DNA from: a virus
Virus record (IMG/VR): IMGVR_UViG_3300044957_000729
Length of the DNA: 64,000 bases
Reading direction: 5' to 3' (one strand)
Numbering within the stretch: the first letter of the stretch is position 1; every line of letters starts with the position of its first letter. The notes below the pieces were generated by a model. The model did not search any database. It was not told where the DNA came from and saw only the letters and a program-made list of their open reading frames with translations. Shown piece by piece: positions 1 through 10,067 of this stretch. The position numbers and the translations under genes are program-made.

Positions 1-57
1 CAAATTTTCAGCCATTATGGGCAAAAGATAATATTAAAAAAGGAAATAAATTAAACT

Positions 58-678
58 ATGAGATATAAAATTATAGCATATTGTACGAATGATCCTTATT
101 ATTTAGGTCTTTCTAAAAAATTTGTAGAATCTTGTAATAATTTTAATCTACCATATCATTTAGATATTATAGAATCATTAGGTGACTGGTGTTTAAATAC
201 ACATTGGAAAGCAAAATTTATTTATAATTGTATGAATAGCATCGACTCTGAATATCTTTTATATGTTGATGTTGATGCAATTTTTAGAAAATATCCTATT
301 CTTTTAGATTCTATAAATTGTGACATTGCCTATAGAACAGAAAATTTCAGATGGAGATCTGATGAGGCATTATCGGGTACTGTGTTTTTTAAGAATAACA
401 ACAATGTAAAGAATCTTGTTAGTCGATGGATAGAATTAAATGAATCCAATCCTGCAGAAAGGATGAAACCAGAAACATGGGAGCAAAAAAATATGCAAAG
501 AGCTCAAAGAGAGATGCCTGAAATAGATTATTTTAATCTACCTCCTGAATATACATATATTACAGATCACACTAAAACAATGTATCCAGGATTATTTCCC
601 GTCATTGAGCATTTTCAAGCTTCTAGAGAGACTCATAGAAATACGAATCAAAAATCCAATTTAAGAATAAGAAGATAA
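58..678 (+). CDS. GT-A fold nucleotide-diphospho-sugar transferase (glycosyltransferase)
   Basis: W-x-x-N-x-x-x-K-x-x-FI then LLYVDVDA (DxD) motif; paralogous to 1415 and 2050 ORFs; start of coupled operon. Confidence 0.7.
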   Translation: MRYKIIAYCTNDPYYLGLSKKFVESCNNFNLPYHLDIIESLGDWCLNTHWKAKFIYNCMNSIDSEYLLYVDVDAIFRKYPILLDSINCDIAYRTENFRWRSDEALSGTVFFKNNNNVKNLVSRWIELNESNPAERMKPETWEQKNMQRAQREMPEIDYFNLPPEYTYITDHTKTMYPGLFPVIEHFQASRETHRNTNQKSNLRIRR

Positions 679-1415
679 TGAAATTAAAATATGCCGTAGT
701 AAGCTCTAATTCAAACCCAGAGTATCTAGACTTTTGGCCATATGTTGCAAAGGCATGGAAAACCCTTATAGGATTAGACCCCATACTTCTTTATATAGAT
801 AATAATCCGCCACCTGGATGGGTTCATGAACACGGGAAGGTTTATTATTTAGTAGCAAGAAGTGACTGGGATATTGTTCAGCAATCGCAGTGTATAAGAT
901 TTTGGGCAGCTAATATTTTAGATAAACCCTTTATCATATCAGATATGGATATGCTTCCTATATCTCGCGATTACTATATAAATCATGCAGAATACATAGG
1001 TGATACCGGATTAATATCTTATAGCTCTGATATCATTAAATATAGATGGTACAGAACAAATCCACAATATCCAATGTGTTATCTTGCTGGAGATCCCAAA
1101 AGTTTTTCGGATCTTCTAGATTTAAATGAAGAAAGCCATTTGGAGTTTCTTTTAAGATTGAAAAAAATGAATCTGCGAAGTGGAACTGATCAGAAGTTTT
1201 TTTATAATCAAACACTAAGAAAATCTGGATACTATATTAAACATCTTGAAAGAGGCTGGATAGAAGAAAAATACGCTACTGGTAGGTTGGATAAGGTAAT
1301 ATGGCCTAAAAACGACTATAATGCGCATGAATATATAGATTGCCATTTACCAAGGCCATATATTAACAATAGAAATATCTGTGATGTTTTATTTAATAAA
1401 TTGAATATTAGCTAA
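678..1415 (+). CDS. putative GT-A-like glycosyltransferase (paralog of 10064..10915)
   Basis: VVSS..YLDFWP..AW N-terminus, ISDMDMLP DxD motif; TAATG overlaps on both sides. Confidence 0.5.
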   Translation: MKLKYAVVSSNSNPEYLDFWPYVAKAWKTLIGLDPILLYIDNNPPPGWVHEHGKVYYLVARSDWDIVQQSQCIRFWAANILDKPFIISDMDMLPISRDYYINHAEYIGDTGLISYSSDIIKYRWYRTNPQYPMCYLAGDPKSFSDLLDLNEESHLEFLLRLKKMNLRSGTDQKFFYNQTLRKSGYYIKHLERGWIEEKYATGRLDKVIWPKNDYNAHEYIDCHLPRPYINNRNICDVLFNKLNIS

Positions 1416-2053
1416 TGAAGCCTATTTTTATATCTTTTTATTCAGGGGATTCATATTACGAAAGATGTTCTCAAGTACTTCTTAGTAAATGTAAGTCTCT
1501 TGGGATAGAAATAGATATAAAAAGATCTGGCGGATATGCAGAGTATTGGAAAAATACATTATATAAGCCCTCTTTTATATATGATAAATTAAATCTACTA
1601 AAAAAAGATTTGGTTTGGATAGACATCGATACTGATATACTCGAATATCACAGTGAATTTAAAAAGTGGGATTCTGACATACTTTTTGCTAGTCACACTG
1701 GTGATCTGCAAGGAATTAAAGCATCCCCAATTTGTATTAAATACAATGAAAGATCTATGGAATTTTTAAAGTATTTAAAAGATTTATGTTTAGAAAAAAT
1801 AACAAAGAATGAGATAGATTTTGATCACGATGTTCTTAAATACGTTGCTCTCCCTAAATTTAAGAATAAATTATGGGTAGATATAATGAGGGGCGACGGA
1901 TTTAGAAGCGATGATTTTAGTAATGGCAAAATTATAAATAATGGGATATCTAGAGTTAGAGATAAGAATATCTACGTTAGGGAGGTACTTAGAAAAAATA
2001 TTAAAAGGACTAAAGAATTTGATTCGTGCTCATTAAAAGATTTTTTAATATGA
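1415..2053 (+). CDS. GT-A fold nucleotide-diphospho-sugar transferase
   Basis: YWKNTLYKPSFI, VWIDIDT DxD motif, ASPI, DFDHD; paralog of neighbours. Confidence 0.65.
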   Translation: MKPIFISFYSGDSYYERCSQVLLSKCKSLGIEIDIKRSGGYAEYWKNTLYKPSFIYDKLNLLKKDLVWIDIDTDILEYHSEFKKWDSDILFASHTGDLQGIKASPICIKYNERSMEFLKYLKDLCLEKITKNEIDFDHDVLKYVALPKFKNKLWVDIMRGDGFRSDDFSNGKIINNGISRVRDKNIYVREVLRKNIKRTKEFDSCSLKDFLI

Positions 2054-2925
2054 AAAGAAGCATTAAAGTAACTAGACAATTAATAAATAGGGGATTTAAT
2101 CCTCGTATGTCTAAAATTTTCAGTAGCAATACTGATACTAATCAAGAAAAACCTAAAGAGACCAAAGAAGAAAAACCTAAGGAGGACTGGGAAGAAAAAT
2201 CTAATCATCACACGGAAGAAAAAGATATGAGTTTATTTAGACCTATAGAAAACCCAAGAGAGAGAACACATATAAATGAATGGAAAAACATAACAGGGAA
2301 AGAAACTATATTTGTTTCTTTTATTTCTGATCCTATTGGCAGTGATTTTTATTCTTCTAGAATAGAGGGACTGGTAAAAAAATTAAATGAATTTGGATCT
2401 GATTACATAGTTAGACAATATCCTTCAGATAGGCATTATTTTCAGAACTGCTGTTTTAAGCCCGTTTTTATAAAAGAAATTATAGAAAAATACGATAAGA
2501 ATATTGTTTGGATTGACGGAGATACTCACATTAAAAAATGTCTAGGCCTTTTTACTTTAGATGGCGATTATGATATTGGATTAGTTTCTTATACTGATGA
2601 TATAAGTTCTTTTGTTGCTTCTCCTATATTTTTTAGGAACACCTTACAATCAAAAGCATTAATAGATGCTTGGGAAAAACACTGTACCCTTAAAATTGAA
2701 AATGGAATATGTGAGTTAGATCACGATGCAATAAAGCATTCAATAATTCCTCAGTTTAAAGATGTATTAAAGATTAAACTGAACGACGGAAATTATCATA
2801 GGGGAGATATCATAGAAAACGTTAATTCAAGTGTGCCTGAAAAAAGAATAGTGATACAAGAAATGGCATCAATAAATTCTAAAAGACCTTTTAATCTTAC
2901 TAACAAAGACTTTAACATAGTATGA
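2050..2925 (+). CDS. GT-A fold nucleotide-diphospho-sugar transferase with charged N-terminal extension
   Basis: FKPVFI, VWIDGDT DxD, ASPI, ELDHD; start placed at 2050 because of ATGA overlap with upstream stop. Confidence 0.65.
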   Translation: MKRSIKVTRQLINRGFNPRMSKIFSSNTDTNQEKPKETKEEKPKEDWEEKSNHHTEEKDMSLFRPIENPRERTHINEWKNITGKETIFVSFISDPIGSDFYSSRIEGLVKKLNEFGSDYIVRQYPSDRHYFQNCCFKPVFIKEIIEKYDKNIVWIDGDTHIKKCLGLFTLDGDYDIGLVSYTDDISSFVASPIFFRNTLQSKALIDAWEKHCTLKIENGICELDHDAIKHSIIPQFKDVLKIKLNDGNYHRGDIIENVNSSVPEKRIVIQEMASINSKRPFNLTNKDFNIV

Positions 2926-3767
2926 AAAAATTAAAAACTAATTGGGCTCCATTTCCTTATGAATATTCATCATGTTCCAATTTTAAGCCAGAGGATTTTG
3001 AATGGTCTAGAACGGAGGGGATAGCTAATATTGCTATCGATCATCAGATAATGTCGCATAATTTTCCATTAAGCGAGAAAAATTTTGGATGGTTTTGCGA
3101 GTCCAGTGAAATTCTTCCCGAATTAAAAGAGTATTTGAAATCAAACACATCAACACTCAGAAGAAAATTTAAAAATATATTTACTGCCGATCAAGAAATA
3201 ATATTATGGGATCCATCTTTTTTTATTTTTAATCCTCCGGGGTCAAATTTACCGTGGACCCCTAAAAGTAATTATAGGATACCTGAAAAGAGCAAAGTTT
3301 GTTCAATGATTTGTAGCTCTAAAAGCATGACAAGTGGACATAAGATGAGATTGGCTATTGCAGAAAAGCATTACGGAATATTTGATCTTTTCGGCGGTGC
3401 CTACGGTAGTTCTAGAATAGGATCTGGATTAGGGCCCAACGGAGATTGGTGGAGATCAAAAGAAGAGGCACTCGCCCCCTATATGTTTTCTATTGTTTTT
3501 GAAAATGCTAAGGTTGATAAGTATTATACTGAGAAAATAACTGATTGTTTTGCTTTAGGTGTGATACCTATTTACTGGGGAACTGATAAAATATCCGAGG
3601 ACTTTAATCCTGGCGGGATTATTAAATGGGAGGACAATTTTGATTTTAGCTCGCTTACTAGGGACCTATATGATTCCAAGATTTCATATATAAAAGAAAA
3701 TCTAGAAAGAGTTAAAGAATTAAAATCTGCAGATTCTCAGATTTTCAACAAGATAAAAAACTTATGA
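2922..3767 (+). CDS. GT10-family (alpha-1,3/4-fucosyltransferase-like) glycosyltransferase
   Basis: YMFSIVFENAKVDKYYTEKITDCFALGVIPIYWG matches the GT10 FEN..DY.TEK..P(I/V)Y.G motif. Confidence 0.8.
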   Translation: MKKLKTNWAPFPYEYSSCSNFKPEDFEWSRTEGIANIAIDHQIMSHNFPLSEKNFGWFCESSEILPELKEYLKSNTSTLRRKFKNIFTADQEIILWDPSFFIFNPPGSNLPWTPKSNYRIPEKSKVCSMICSSKSMTSGHKMRLAIAEKHYGIFDLFGGAYGSSRIGSGLGPNGDWWRSKEEALAPYMFSIVFENAKVDKYYTEKITDCFALGVIPIYWGTDKISEDFNPGGIIKWEDNFDFSSLTRDLYDSKISYIKENLERVKELKSADSQIFNKIKNL

Positions 3768-4486
3768 CCAAATTAAACATAGTAGCTGCATCTAGGCAAA
3801 GGCCTGTAAGGATGTATAATGTGGTTAAAAAATGGTTAGATAATGCGGTTAATCCGGAGTTTATAAGGGCAATCATATCAATAGATTCTGATGACCCAAT
3901 GTCTGATCAATATTTCAATCTACTAAATCCCTTATCTACTGAGTACAATACAAAAATTTCCGTGATAATTAATCCTAATACATGTACAGTAGAAGCTATA
4001 AACTCAATTAAACCTCATATAGATGGAGAGCTTATTTTGGTATTTTCTGATGATACTGATTGCTTTGGATCTTGGGATAAGCAGCTGTTAGATTTTTCTT
4101 CTGAACTATCGGGAAAATATGTAATAAAAACATCCGATGGTATAGGTAAGGATCTTATTACGATGCCTATATTTTCTAAAGATTATTTAGATTGCTTTCC
4201 TTACATATATCATCCTTCATACAAGCATATGTTTTGTGACACTGAGCTCACTTGTGTAGCTAGTATGCTTGGATGTGTAATAAACGGGGAACATTTTGAA
4301 TTCCAGCATTTGCATTATTCTAGATCGCATCACGATAAAGATTCTGTTGATGATAAAAATCAGTCCACATTTTATGAAGGAATGGAAATATTTAAAAGAA
4401 GACTTGAAAATAATTTCGATCTTTCACCTAAAGAAGTAAAAGGAAAAATACCAAAACAGATAATAAAATGGATTGCTCGAAAGTAA
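3764..4486 (+). CDS. GT2-like glycosyltransferase
   Basis: SIDSDD, VFSDD, Y.H.FCDTE, HLH motifs typical of GT-A enzymes. Confidence 0.65.
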   Translation: MTKLNIVAASRQRPVRMYNVVKKWLDNAVNPEFIRAIISIDSDDPMSDQYFNLLNPLSTEYNTKISVIINPNTCTVEAINSIKPHIDGELILVFSDDTDCFGSWDKQLLDFSSELSGKYVIKTSDGIGKDLITMPIFSKDYLDCFPYIYHPSYKHMFCDTELTCVASMLGCVINGEHFEFQHLHYSRSHHDKDSVDDKNQSTFYEGMEIFKRRLENNFDLSPKEVKGKIPKQIIKWIARK

Positions 4487-5130
4487 ACCTTAGTAATGTA
4501 ACTTTAGTTTGTATTGATGGGAGGGATGAGTGTGAAGACAGGACATCACTATACAGGGATATATTTAGGTATACCTTAAATCATTTTAATTTTAATAGGG
4601 TTTTTTTCTTTAGCCACATCCCCTATGATTTTAAAGGTGTGGAAACAATAAGTATATGGAAACTAGGTAATGTTGGTGAGTATTCTAACTTCTGTATGAA
4701 AATATTAAATAGATATATTAATACAGATTTTTGTATGATTATGCAGGACGACGGATTTATCATAAATCCTAATTTATGGGATGATCAGTTTTTGACATAT
4801 GACTATATAGGTGCTCCCTGGCCTATAGGGCTAGGAACTACAACTGCTGAAACTCAAGTTGGCAACGGCGGGTTTTCAATAAGGAGTAAAAGATTTCTTG
4901 AATTTAGTTCGAGCCTTTTTCCGACTATGCAAAACGAAGACAAGTATATACTAGATACAAATAGGAGGGCACTAAATTCAGCTAACTTAAAAATAGCACC
5001 AGTTGAATTAGCTAAAAAGTTCTCTGTCGAGATAAGTATAGATAATAAGCATGTACTAAAAAATTGTTTTGGATTTCATGCAAAACATCTATTACCTGAA
5101 GCAGTAAAATATATAAAACAAAAAAAATGA
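4468..5130 (+). CDS. DUF5672-family putative glycosyltransferase
   Basis: QDDGFIINP.LW...FL.YDYIGAPW and VGNGGFSIRSK signatures. Confidence 0.75.
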   Translation: MDCSKVNLSNVTLVCIDGRDECEDRTSLYRDIFRYTLNHFNFNRVFFFSHIPYDFKGVETISIWKLGNVGEYSNFCMKILNRYINTDFCMIMQDDGFIINPNLWDDQFLTYDYIGAPWPIGLGTTTAETQVGNGGFSIRSKRFLEFSSSLFPTMQNEDKYILDTNRRALNSANLKIAPVELAKKFSVEISIDNKHVLKNCFGFHAKHLLPEAVKYIKQKK

Positions 5131-5705
5131 GTAAAGAAATAAGAGCATTTAACACAGATTATAAACTTGCGGAAAGATTTATATTTATAAAAAATAAATA
5201 TGAAATAAAAACTGCAATAGAGACCGGTACATATCACGGGGATACTACTTCTTGGCTGGCTGAAAATTTTGAAAATGTTTATACAGTAGAATATGATAAA
5301 AGATATCTGGATGTCGCTCAGAATAAAATATCACAATATGATAATATAAAAAGTTATCTGGGTAGTAGTACTGATTACCTCGGAAAATTTTTAGAGGAAT
5401 GTAAGGATAAAGGAGAAATTATAATTTTTCTAGACGCACATTGGTATGCTAATCCAGTTTTACAGGAACTAGAAAGAATAAAAGAGTCGGGGTTAAAACC
5501 AATTATAGCTATTCATGATTTTAAGGTACCCGGAAGGCCAGATCTTGGTTATGATGAATATCCTAATCAGGATATAGTTTACGATTGGGAATGGATAAAG
5601 GAAAGAATAGAATCTATATATGGCATTGGCCAATTTGATATTGAATATAATACATATTCCGATCAAAATATGAGGGGATGTATATTCTTATTACCTAAAA
5701 AATAA
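5127..5705 (+). CDS. class I SAM-dependent methyltransferase
   Basis: IETGTYHGDTT motif I, TVE, FLDAHW, IHD. Confidence 0.75.
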   Translation: MSKEIRAFNTDYKLAERFIFIKNKYEIKTAIETGTYHGDTTSWLAENFENVYTVEYDKRYLDVAQNKISQYDNIKSYLGSSTDYLGKFLEECKDKGEIIIFLDAHWYANPVLQELERIKESGLKPIIAIHDFKVPGRPDLGYDEYPNQDIVYDWEWIKERIESIYGIGQFDIEYNTYSDQNMRGCIFLLPKK

Positions 5706-5710
5706 AAAAA

Positions 5711-6403
5711 ATGATAAAATTAAACGATTACAGAAGAAGCGTGTACTCACAGTCCGGAGAAGACGGTATATTAGAAAAACTATTTCAAACTCTAGGAATA
5801 TCAGAGGGACAATTTTGTGAATTTGGCGCTTCTGACGGTATGTCATATTGTAACACTAGAAAATTAAGAGAAGAGGGATGGAGTGGTGTATTGATTGGAG
5901 GTGATCCTTCATACTCTGAGAGAATAAAAAATAATCTGAAGGATTTTAAAAACGTACAGATAATAGAGTCTTTCATCAGCTGTGAAAATGGGAATACCCT
6001 TGACGATTTACTTAAAGATACGGAATTAAAAAATAATTTTGATTTTATCTCTATTGATATAGACGGAAACGATCTATAGATATGGAAATCTATACAAAAA
6101 TATGAGCCTAAGGTTGTTATGGTAGAGTATAATTCAAACTATCCCTCGACATCTAGCCTTTGTATAAAATATGATAAGGATCATAGACATCAGCTAGATG
6201 CCTATTATAGTGCAACTGCGGGGGCATATAAAAAATTAGCCGACGAGAGGGGATATAAATTAGTAGGATTTACCGAAGGACTAAATCTCGTGTTCTGTAA
6301 AAAAGATATCTCTTCTTATTTATATGAATATCCTTTAGAGGAAATACCTTTGTTAAGAGTATGTCCAGTAATAGAAGGAAGGGATCTTTTAATATATGAA
6401 TAA
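5711..6403 (+). pseudogene. FkbM-like SAM methyltransferase interrupted by in-frame TAG at 6077-6079
   Basis: YSQSGEDGI, EFGASDG, SIDIDGND[L*I]WKSIQKYEPKVVMVEYN reads through in one frame; the 5711 and 6119 ORFs are the two halves. Confidence 0.8.
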
Positions 6404-7074
6404 TGAAAGTAATATCCTTTTCCTTATGGGGACAGAATGAGAGATACTTTTTAGGTGCATTTAGAAATTGCGAGCTTGCTACGAAGTGGTATCATGGATG
6501 GAAATGTTACTTTTATGTAAGATCAGATTCCAATAGTGAATATGTTAATAAATTAAGATCATACGAAAATTCTGTCGTGATAGAAATAAATTCTATTGAT
6601 GATAAAAGAGGATTATTCTGGAGATTTATGCCTGCATTCGACAAATCTATAGATGTAACTATCGTAAGGGATTGCGATTCTCGTTTATCTGAGAGAGAAG
6701 CATTAGCAGTTGATAAATGGTTAAAAAGCGATAAGGTATTCCATATCATGAGGGATCATCCTTATCATAATACTGAAATTCTAGGTGGTATGTGGGGGGT
6801 TAAAAATAAATCTGTCGATTTGGGCGAGGTTTTAACTCTAGATATAATCTCTAGCTATAGGGACGAATATCAAGAAGACCAGAGGTATCTTAGAGAAAAA
6901 ATATGGCCATTAGTTAAGGATGATTCAATCATTCATGATGAATTCTTTGGGGGTATTAAATTTCCTAAGGAAAGGAATAACTATGACGACTTTGTAGGGC
7001 AGCAATATAATGACATGGATTTACCAGTAAAAGAAAATTCTGATATACTTAAAAAATACCTAGAATCCAAATGA
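6403..7074 (+). CDS. conserved glycan-cluster protein, putative glycosyltransferase
   Basis: KVISFSLWG, WRF, RDCDSR, HIMRDHP.H, GGMWG, DQ motifs. Confidence 0.6.
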   Translation: MKVISFSLWGQNERYFLGAFRNCELATKWYHGWKCYFYVRSDSNSEYVNKLRSYENSVVIEINSIDDKRGLFWRFMPAFDKSIDVTIVRDCDSRLSEREALAVDKWLKSDKVFHIMRDHPYHNTEILGGMWGVKNKSVDLGEVLTLDIISSYRDEYQEDQRYLREKIWPLVKDDSIIHDEFFGGIKFPKERNNYDDFVGQQYNDMDLPVKENSDILKKYLESK

Positions 7075-7916
7075 AAGTAGTTATCATACAAGAAGCTGGT
7101 AGACATGAGGAGAATAGAAATTTTAGAGAGTGTCTTAGCTTACAAAGAGCTTTTATATACAATGGTCATGAATGCGATGTTTGGGGATTAGGACATTCAA
7201 ATTATAGCATTATACCAGACTGGAATTCATATGGCCTTATAATGAACATAGAGAACTATGACTCAATAGGATGGGTACCAGATCTTATCCAGTTCAATGT
7301 TCCGATTAAGATTCTATGGAGCATAGATGCTCATTGCAGAGGTACAGAAATATATGAAAATACTTTTACCCAAGGAAGATATAACTTTCTTCTCTATTCT
7401 ACTAGAGACTTCGTTAATAAGGATTATCATTTATGGTTTCCTAATTGCTTTGATGATGATCTGATAAAAAAACTTGAGATAGAAAAGAAATATAAAATAG
7501 GATTTTGCGGAAATTACGTAAACCGTAAGGAACTGCTTGATTGGATGCAGTCTAGGTATCATATGAAGCATGATATATTTGTTATAGGTGAATCTATGGT
7601 AAGATCTATAAATGAATACCATATACACTTCAATAAAAACATGCTAAATGATATAAATTACAGAAATTTTGAAACCATCGGAACAGGGACTACGCTTCTT
7701 ACAAGTTACAATTCTGACTACGAATTACTCGGATTTGAACACGGTAAGAATTGTTTAATCTATAGAAGTAACGAAGATATTATAAGAATAATGGACTTTA
7801 TTTATAATGATACTGATAGAATCCAAAAAATAGGGAAGGAGGGATATGAATTATCTAAGAATCACACTTATAAAATAAGAGTTAAACAACTAATTGATCA
7901 GATATGGAAAAAATGA
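7071..7916 (+). CDS. GT-B (CgeB/Glyco_trans_1_2-like) glycosyltransferase
   Basis: IGFCG..R, INYRNFE..G....LT, I..G.E...NHTY..R C-terminal signature. Confidence 0.75.
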   Translation: MKVVIIQEAGRHEENRNFRECLSLQRAFIYNGHECDVWGLGHSNYSIIPDWNSYGLIMNIENYDSIGWVPDLIQFNVPIKILWSIDAHCRGTEIYENTFTQGRYNFLLYSTRDFVNKDYHLWFPNCFDDDLIKKLEIEKKYKIGFCGNYVNRKELLDWMQSRYHMKHDIFVIGESMVRSINEYHIHFNKNMLNDINYRNFETIGTGTTLLTSYNSDYELLGFEHGKNCLIYRSNEDIIRIMDFIYNDTDRIQKIGKEGYELSKNHTYKIRVKQLIDQIWKK

Positions 7917-8464
7917 TATTTAGGTTCGATGATGTCTGCATAAATGCTGACATGGATCTCATTAACGATATGACAGATTTTCTTTTTGTAAGATTCCCTG
8001 ACTGCGAAGTTTTATGGGGGGTTTCACCGCTAGTCAATGATATGTCAAAAGAAGAAACTAATGTGGGTAAACAAAGGATATTTCCTAAGATATTAAATGC
8101 CTATTCAGATCATAGAAAATTTTACTCTGTTGATAAAGCAGGCCTTCCTAAATTACACACTAAAGCTAAAATGGCTTCTCATGGCCTTTTACATGTTGAT
8201 CATAGATTACTAACTAAAGAAGCTCAAGAGATGAGTATATTGGTTAGCTCTAGCTTGGCAAAAGCAAATGTGTTTATACCTCCTTTTAATAAATGGAATG
8301 CTGATACAGAGAGTATATGCAATGAGCACGGAATAGAGCTAATTAAATTTGAGGATGGATGGCTTTGTATGGAGTACAATAAATTTAATCCATTTCACAA
8401 AAAATGGTATCTACACGCAAGAGAATTTAACCTTGATCAATTTATTAAATGGTTCGATGCTTAA
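7913..8464 (+). CDS. polysaccharide deacetylase-like (NodB/DUF2334-type) protein
   Basis: FRFDDV, SHG..H, FIPPFNKW motifs; ATGA overlap gives start 7913. Confidence 0.65.
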   Translation: MIFRFDDVCINADMDLINDMTDFLFVRFPDCEVLWGVSPLVNDMSKEETNVGKQRIFPKILNAYSDHRKFYSVDKAGLPKLHTKAKMASHGLLHVDHRLLTKEAQEMSILVSSSLAKANVFIPPFNKWNADTESICNEHGIELIKFEDGWLCMEYNKFNPFHKKWYLHAREFNLDQFIKWFDA

Positions 8465-9022
8465 TTTAGATAAAATCTATAGGGATAAATTTCAATCTAA
8501 TAACGAGGTTAAATCCTTAGGATGGGGAAGTAAATACTCACAAGAGAAAAGATTTGAAGTTTTATTAGAAATACCAGGTTTTAAAAAAACGGATAGTGTT
8601 CTCGATGTAGGATGTGGATATGGTGATTTATCAAAGCATATTGAAAACTATACCGGGATCGATTTAAGAAAAAGTGCAATAGATGTAGCATGTAAAAAAT
8701 ATGGTGATTCTAAATTCTTTCATTGTGATATTTTTTCTATAGATTCCACCTATGATTGGGTATTTGGATCTGGTATATTTTGTTTTACTAAGGATTGGAA
8801 AAAATATACAGAACTACATATTAATAGAATGTACTCAATATCCAATAAAGGTACTGCATTCAATTTCCTCTCTTATAAAATAAAATAAATGGTAAAAAAA
8901 TGAGAGGTATGAAGTATGCTAAAATACAAGAAGCTGTTTCTATAGTTTATCCTATATGCAAAAAATTCTCAGTTAGACGTGACTATTTAGATAATGACTT
9001 TACAATATACTTACATAAATGA
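8457..9022 (+). pseudogene. class I SAM methyltransferase frameshifted by a TAAAA duplication (8876-8885)
   Basis: LGWGS..SQ..RF, VLDVGCGYG, FNFLS in one frame; C-terminus ...RRDYLDNDFTIYLHK* in another frame, ending TGA 9020-9022 in ATGA overlap with next gene. Confidence 0.8.
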
Positions 9023-9504
9023 AAAAAGAATTAATAGACCATAAATGGGGAGGATCTGGGATAGAAAAGGAACTTTTTGATTTTATTCTTAAAAGATTCC
9101 CTGAAGGATCTACAATAATAGAATTAGGATCTGGATATTGCAGTACTAAAGCATTCTCATTATACTATGACACATATTCTATAGATGAGAATGCTGATTA
9201 TATAAACATCTTTGATGGAGTAAAATACCTTCATTCACCAAAAAAAGATGGGTGGTACGACAGAGATAGTGTGAAAGATTTTCTACCAATCGAATACTCT
9301 CTTGTTTTTGTCGACGGCCCTTCTGGTGAAGGTAATAGAGACGGATTAATAAGAAATCTAGATTTATTTAGAAGTGATGCTTCTTTTATTTTTAATGACA
9401 CATATAGGGATCCTGAAAAAAATCTAGCAGTCGAGATATCCAGAATCTTAAATAGACCTGTAAAATTTTATGAGACGTCAGATTTTTGGGGTTATATAAA
9501 ATAA
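9019..9504 (+). CDS. class I SAM-dependent methyltransferase
   Basis: IIELGSG.ST, SIDE, VFVDGP motifs. Confidence 0.7.
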   Translation: MKKELIDHKWGGSGIEKELFDFILKRFPEGSTIIELGSGYCSTKAFSLYYDTYSIDENADYINIFDGVKYLHSPKKDGWYDRDSVKDFLPIEYSLVFVDGPSGEGNRDGLIRNLDLFRSDASFIFNDTYRDPEKNLAVEISRILNRPVKFYETSDFWGYIK

Positions 9505-9509
9505 AATCC

Positions 9510-10067
9510 ATGACAATATCGATACATCAGCCTAACTTTTTTCCTTATTATCCTTTCTTTCAGAAAATGAATGATTCTGACATTTTTGTAATACTTAAGC
9601 ATTGTCAGTTCGAAAAGAATAATTATCAAAACAGATTTAATAAAGATGGAAGGTGGCACACAATGTCAGTAAATAAAGGTTTATATCCGATAAATACTAA
9701 AGTATACATTAATCCTGAAAAAGATTGGGAAAGAATAAAGAATAATCTATCTGATTACAAGAATATTTTAAACCAATTTGATGATTGTATTAGTTCTAAT
9801 CTATCCGAGACTAATATATCAATAATAATGAAAATAAGAGACATTCTTGGAATTAAAACTAAAATCCTGTTAGATTATCCTACAGATCTTTTATCTACTG
9901 AAAGACTTGTAAATATATGTATAAAGAACGGTGCTAATAAGTACATCTCTGGAATTTCCGGATCTAAATATCTAGATTTGAATTTATTTAAGGAAAATAA
10001 TATAGATGTTGTTTTTCAAAACCCAGATGAGATGATAAGTAAGCCTATAATAGAATTTTTAAAATGA
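9510..10067 (+). CDS. wbqC: WbqC-family protein
   Basis: IHQPNFFPY, QF.KN.YQNR, TERL..IC...GA..YISG..G..YL signature. Confidence 0.85.
   Translation: MTISIHQPNFFPYYPFFQKMNDSDIFVILKHCQFEKNNYQNRFNKDGRWHTMSVNKGLYPINTKVYINPEKDWERIKNNLSDYKNILNQFDDCISSNLSETNISIIMKIRDILGIKTKILLDYPTDLLSTERLVNICIKNGANKYISGISGSKYLDLNLFKENNIDVVFQNPDEMISKPIIEFLK

Noticed and set aside
8349-8456. N-terminal extension of the methyltransferase ORF as given in the track
   Set aside because: It overlaps the deacetylase gene by more than 100 nt; ATG 8457 fits the family N-terminus and operon packing.
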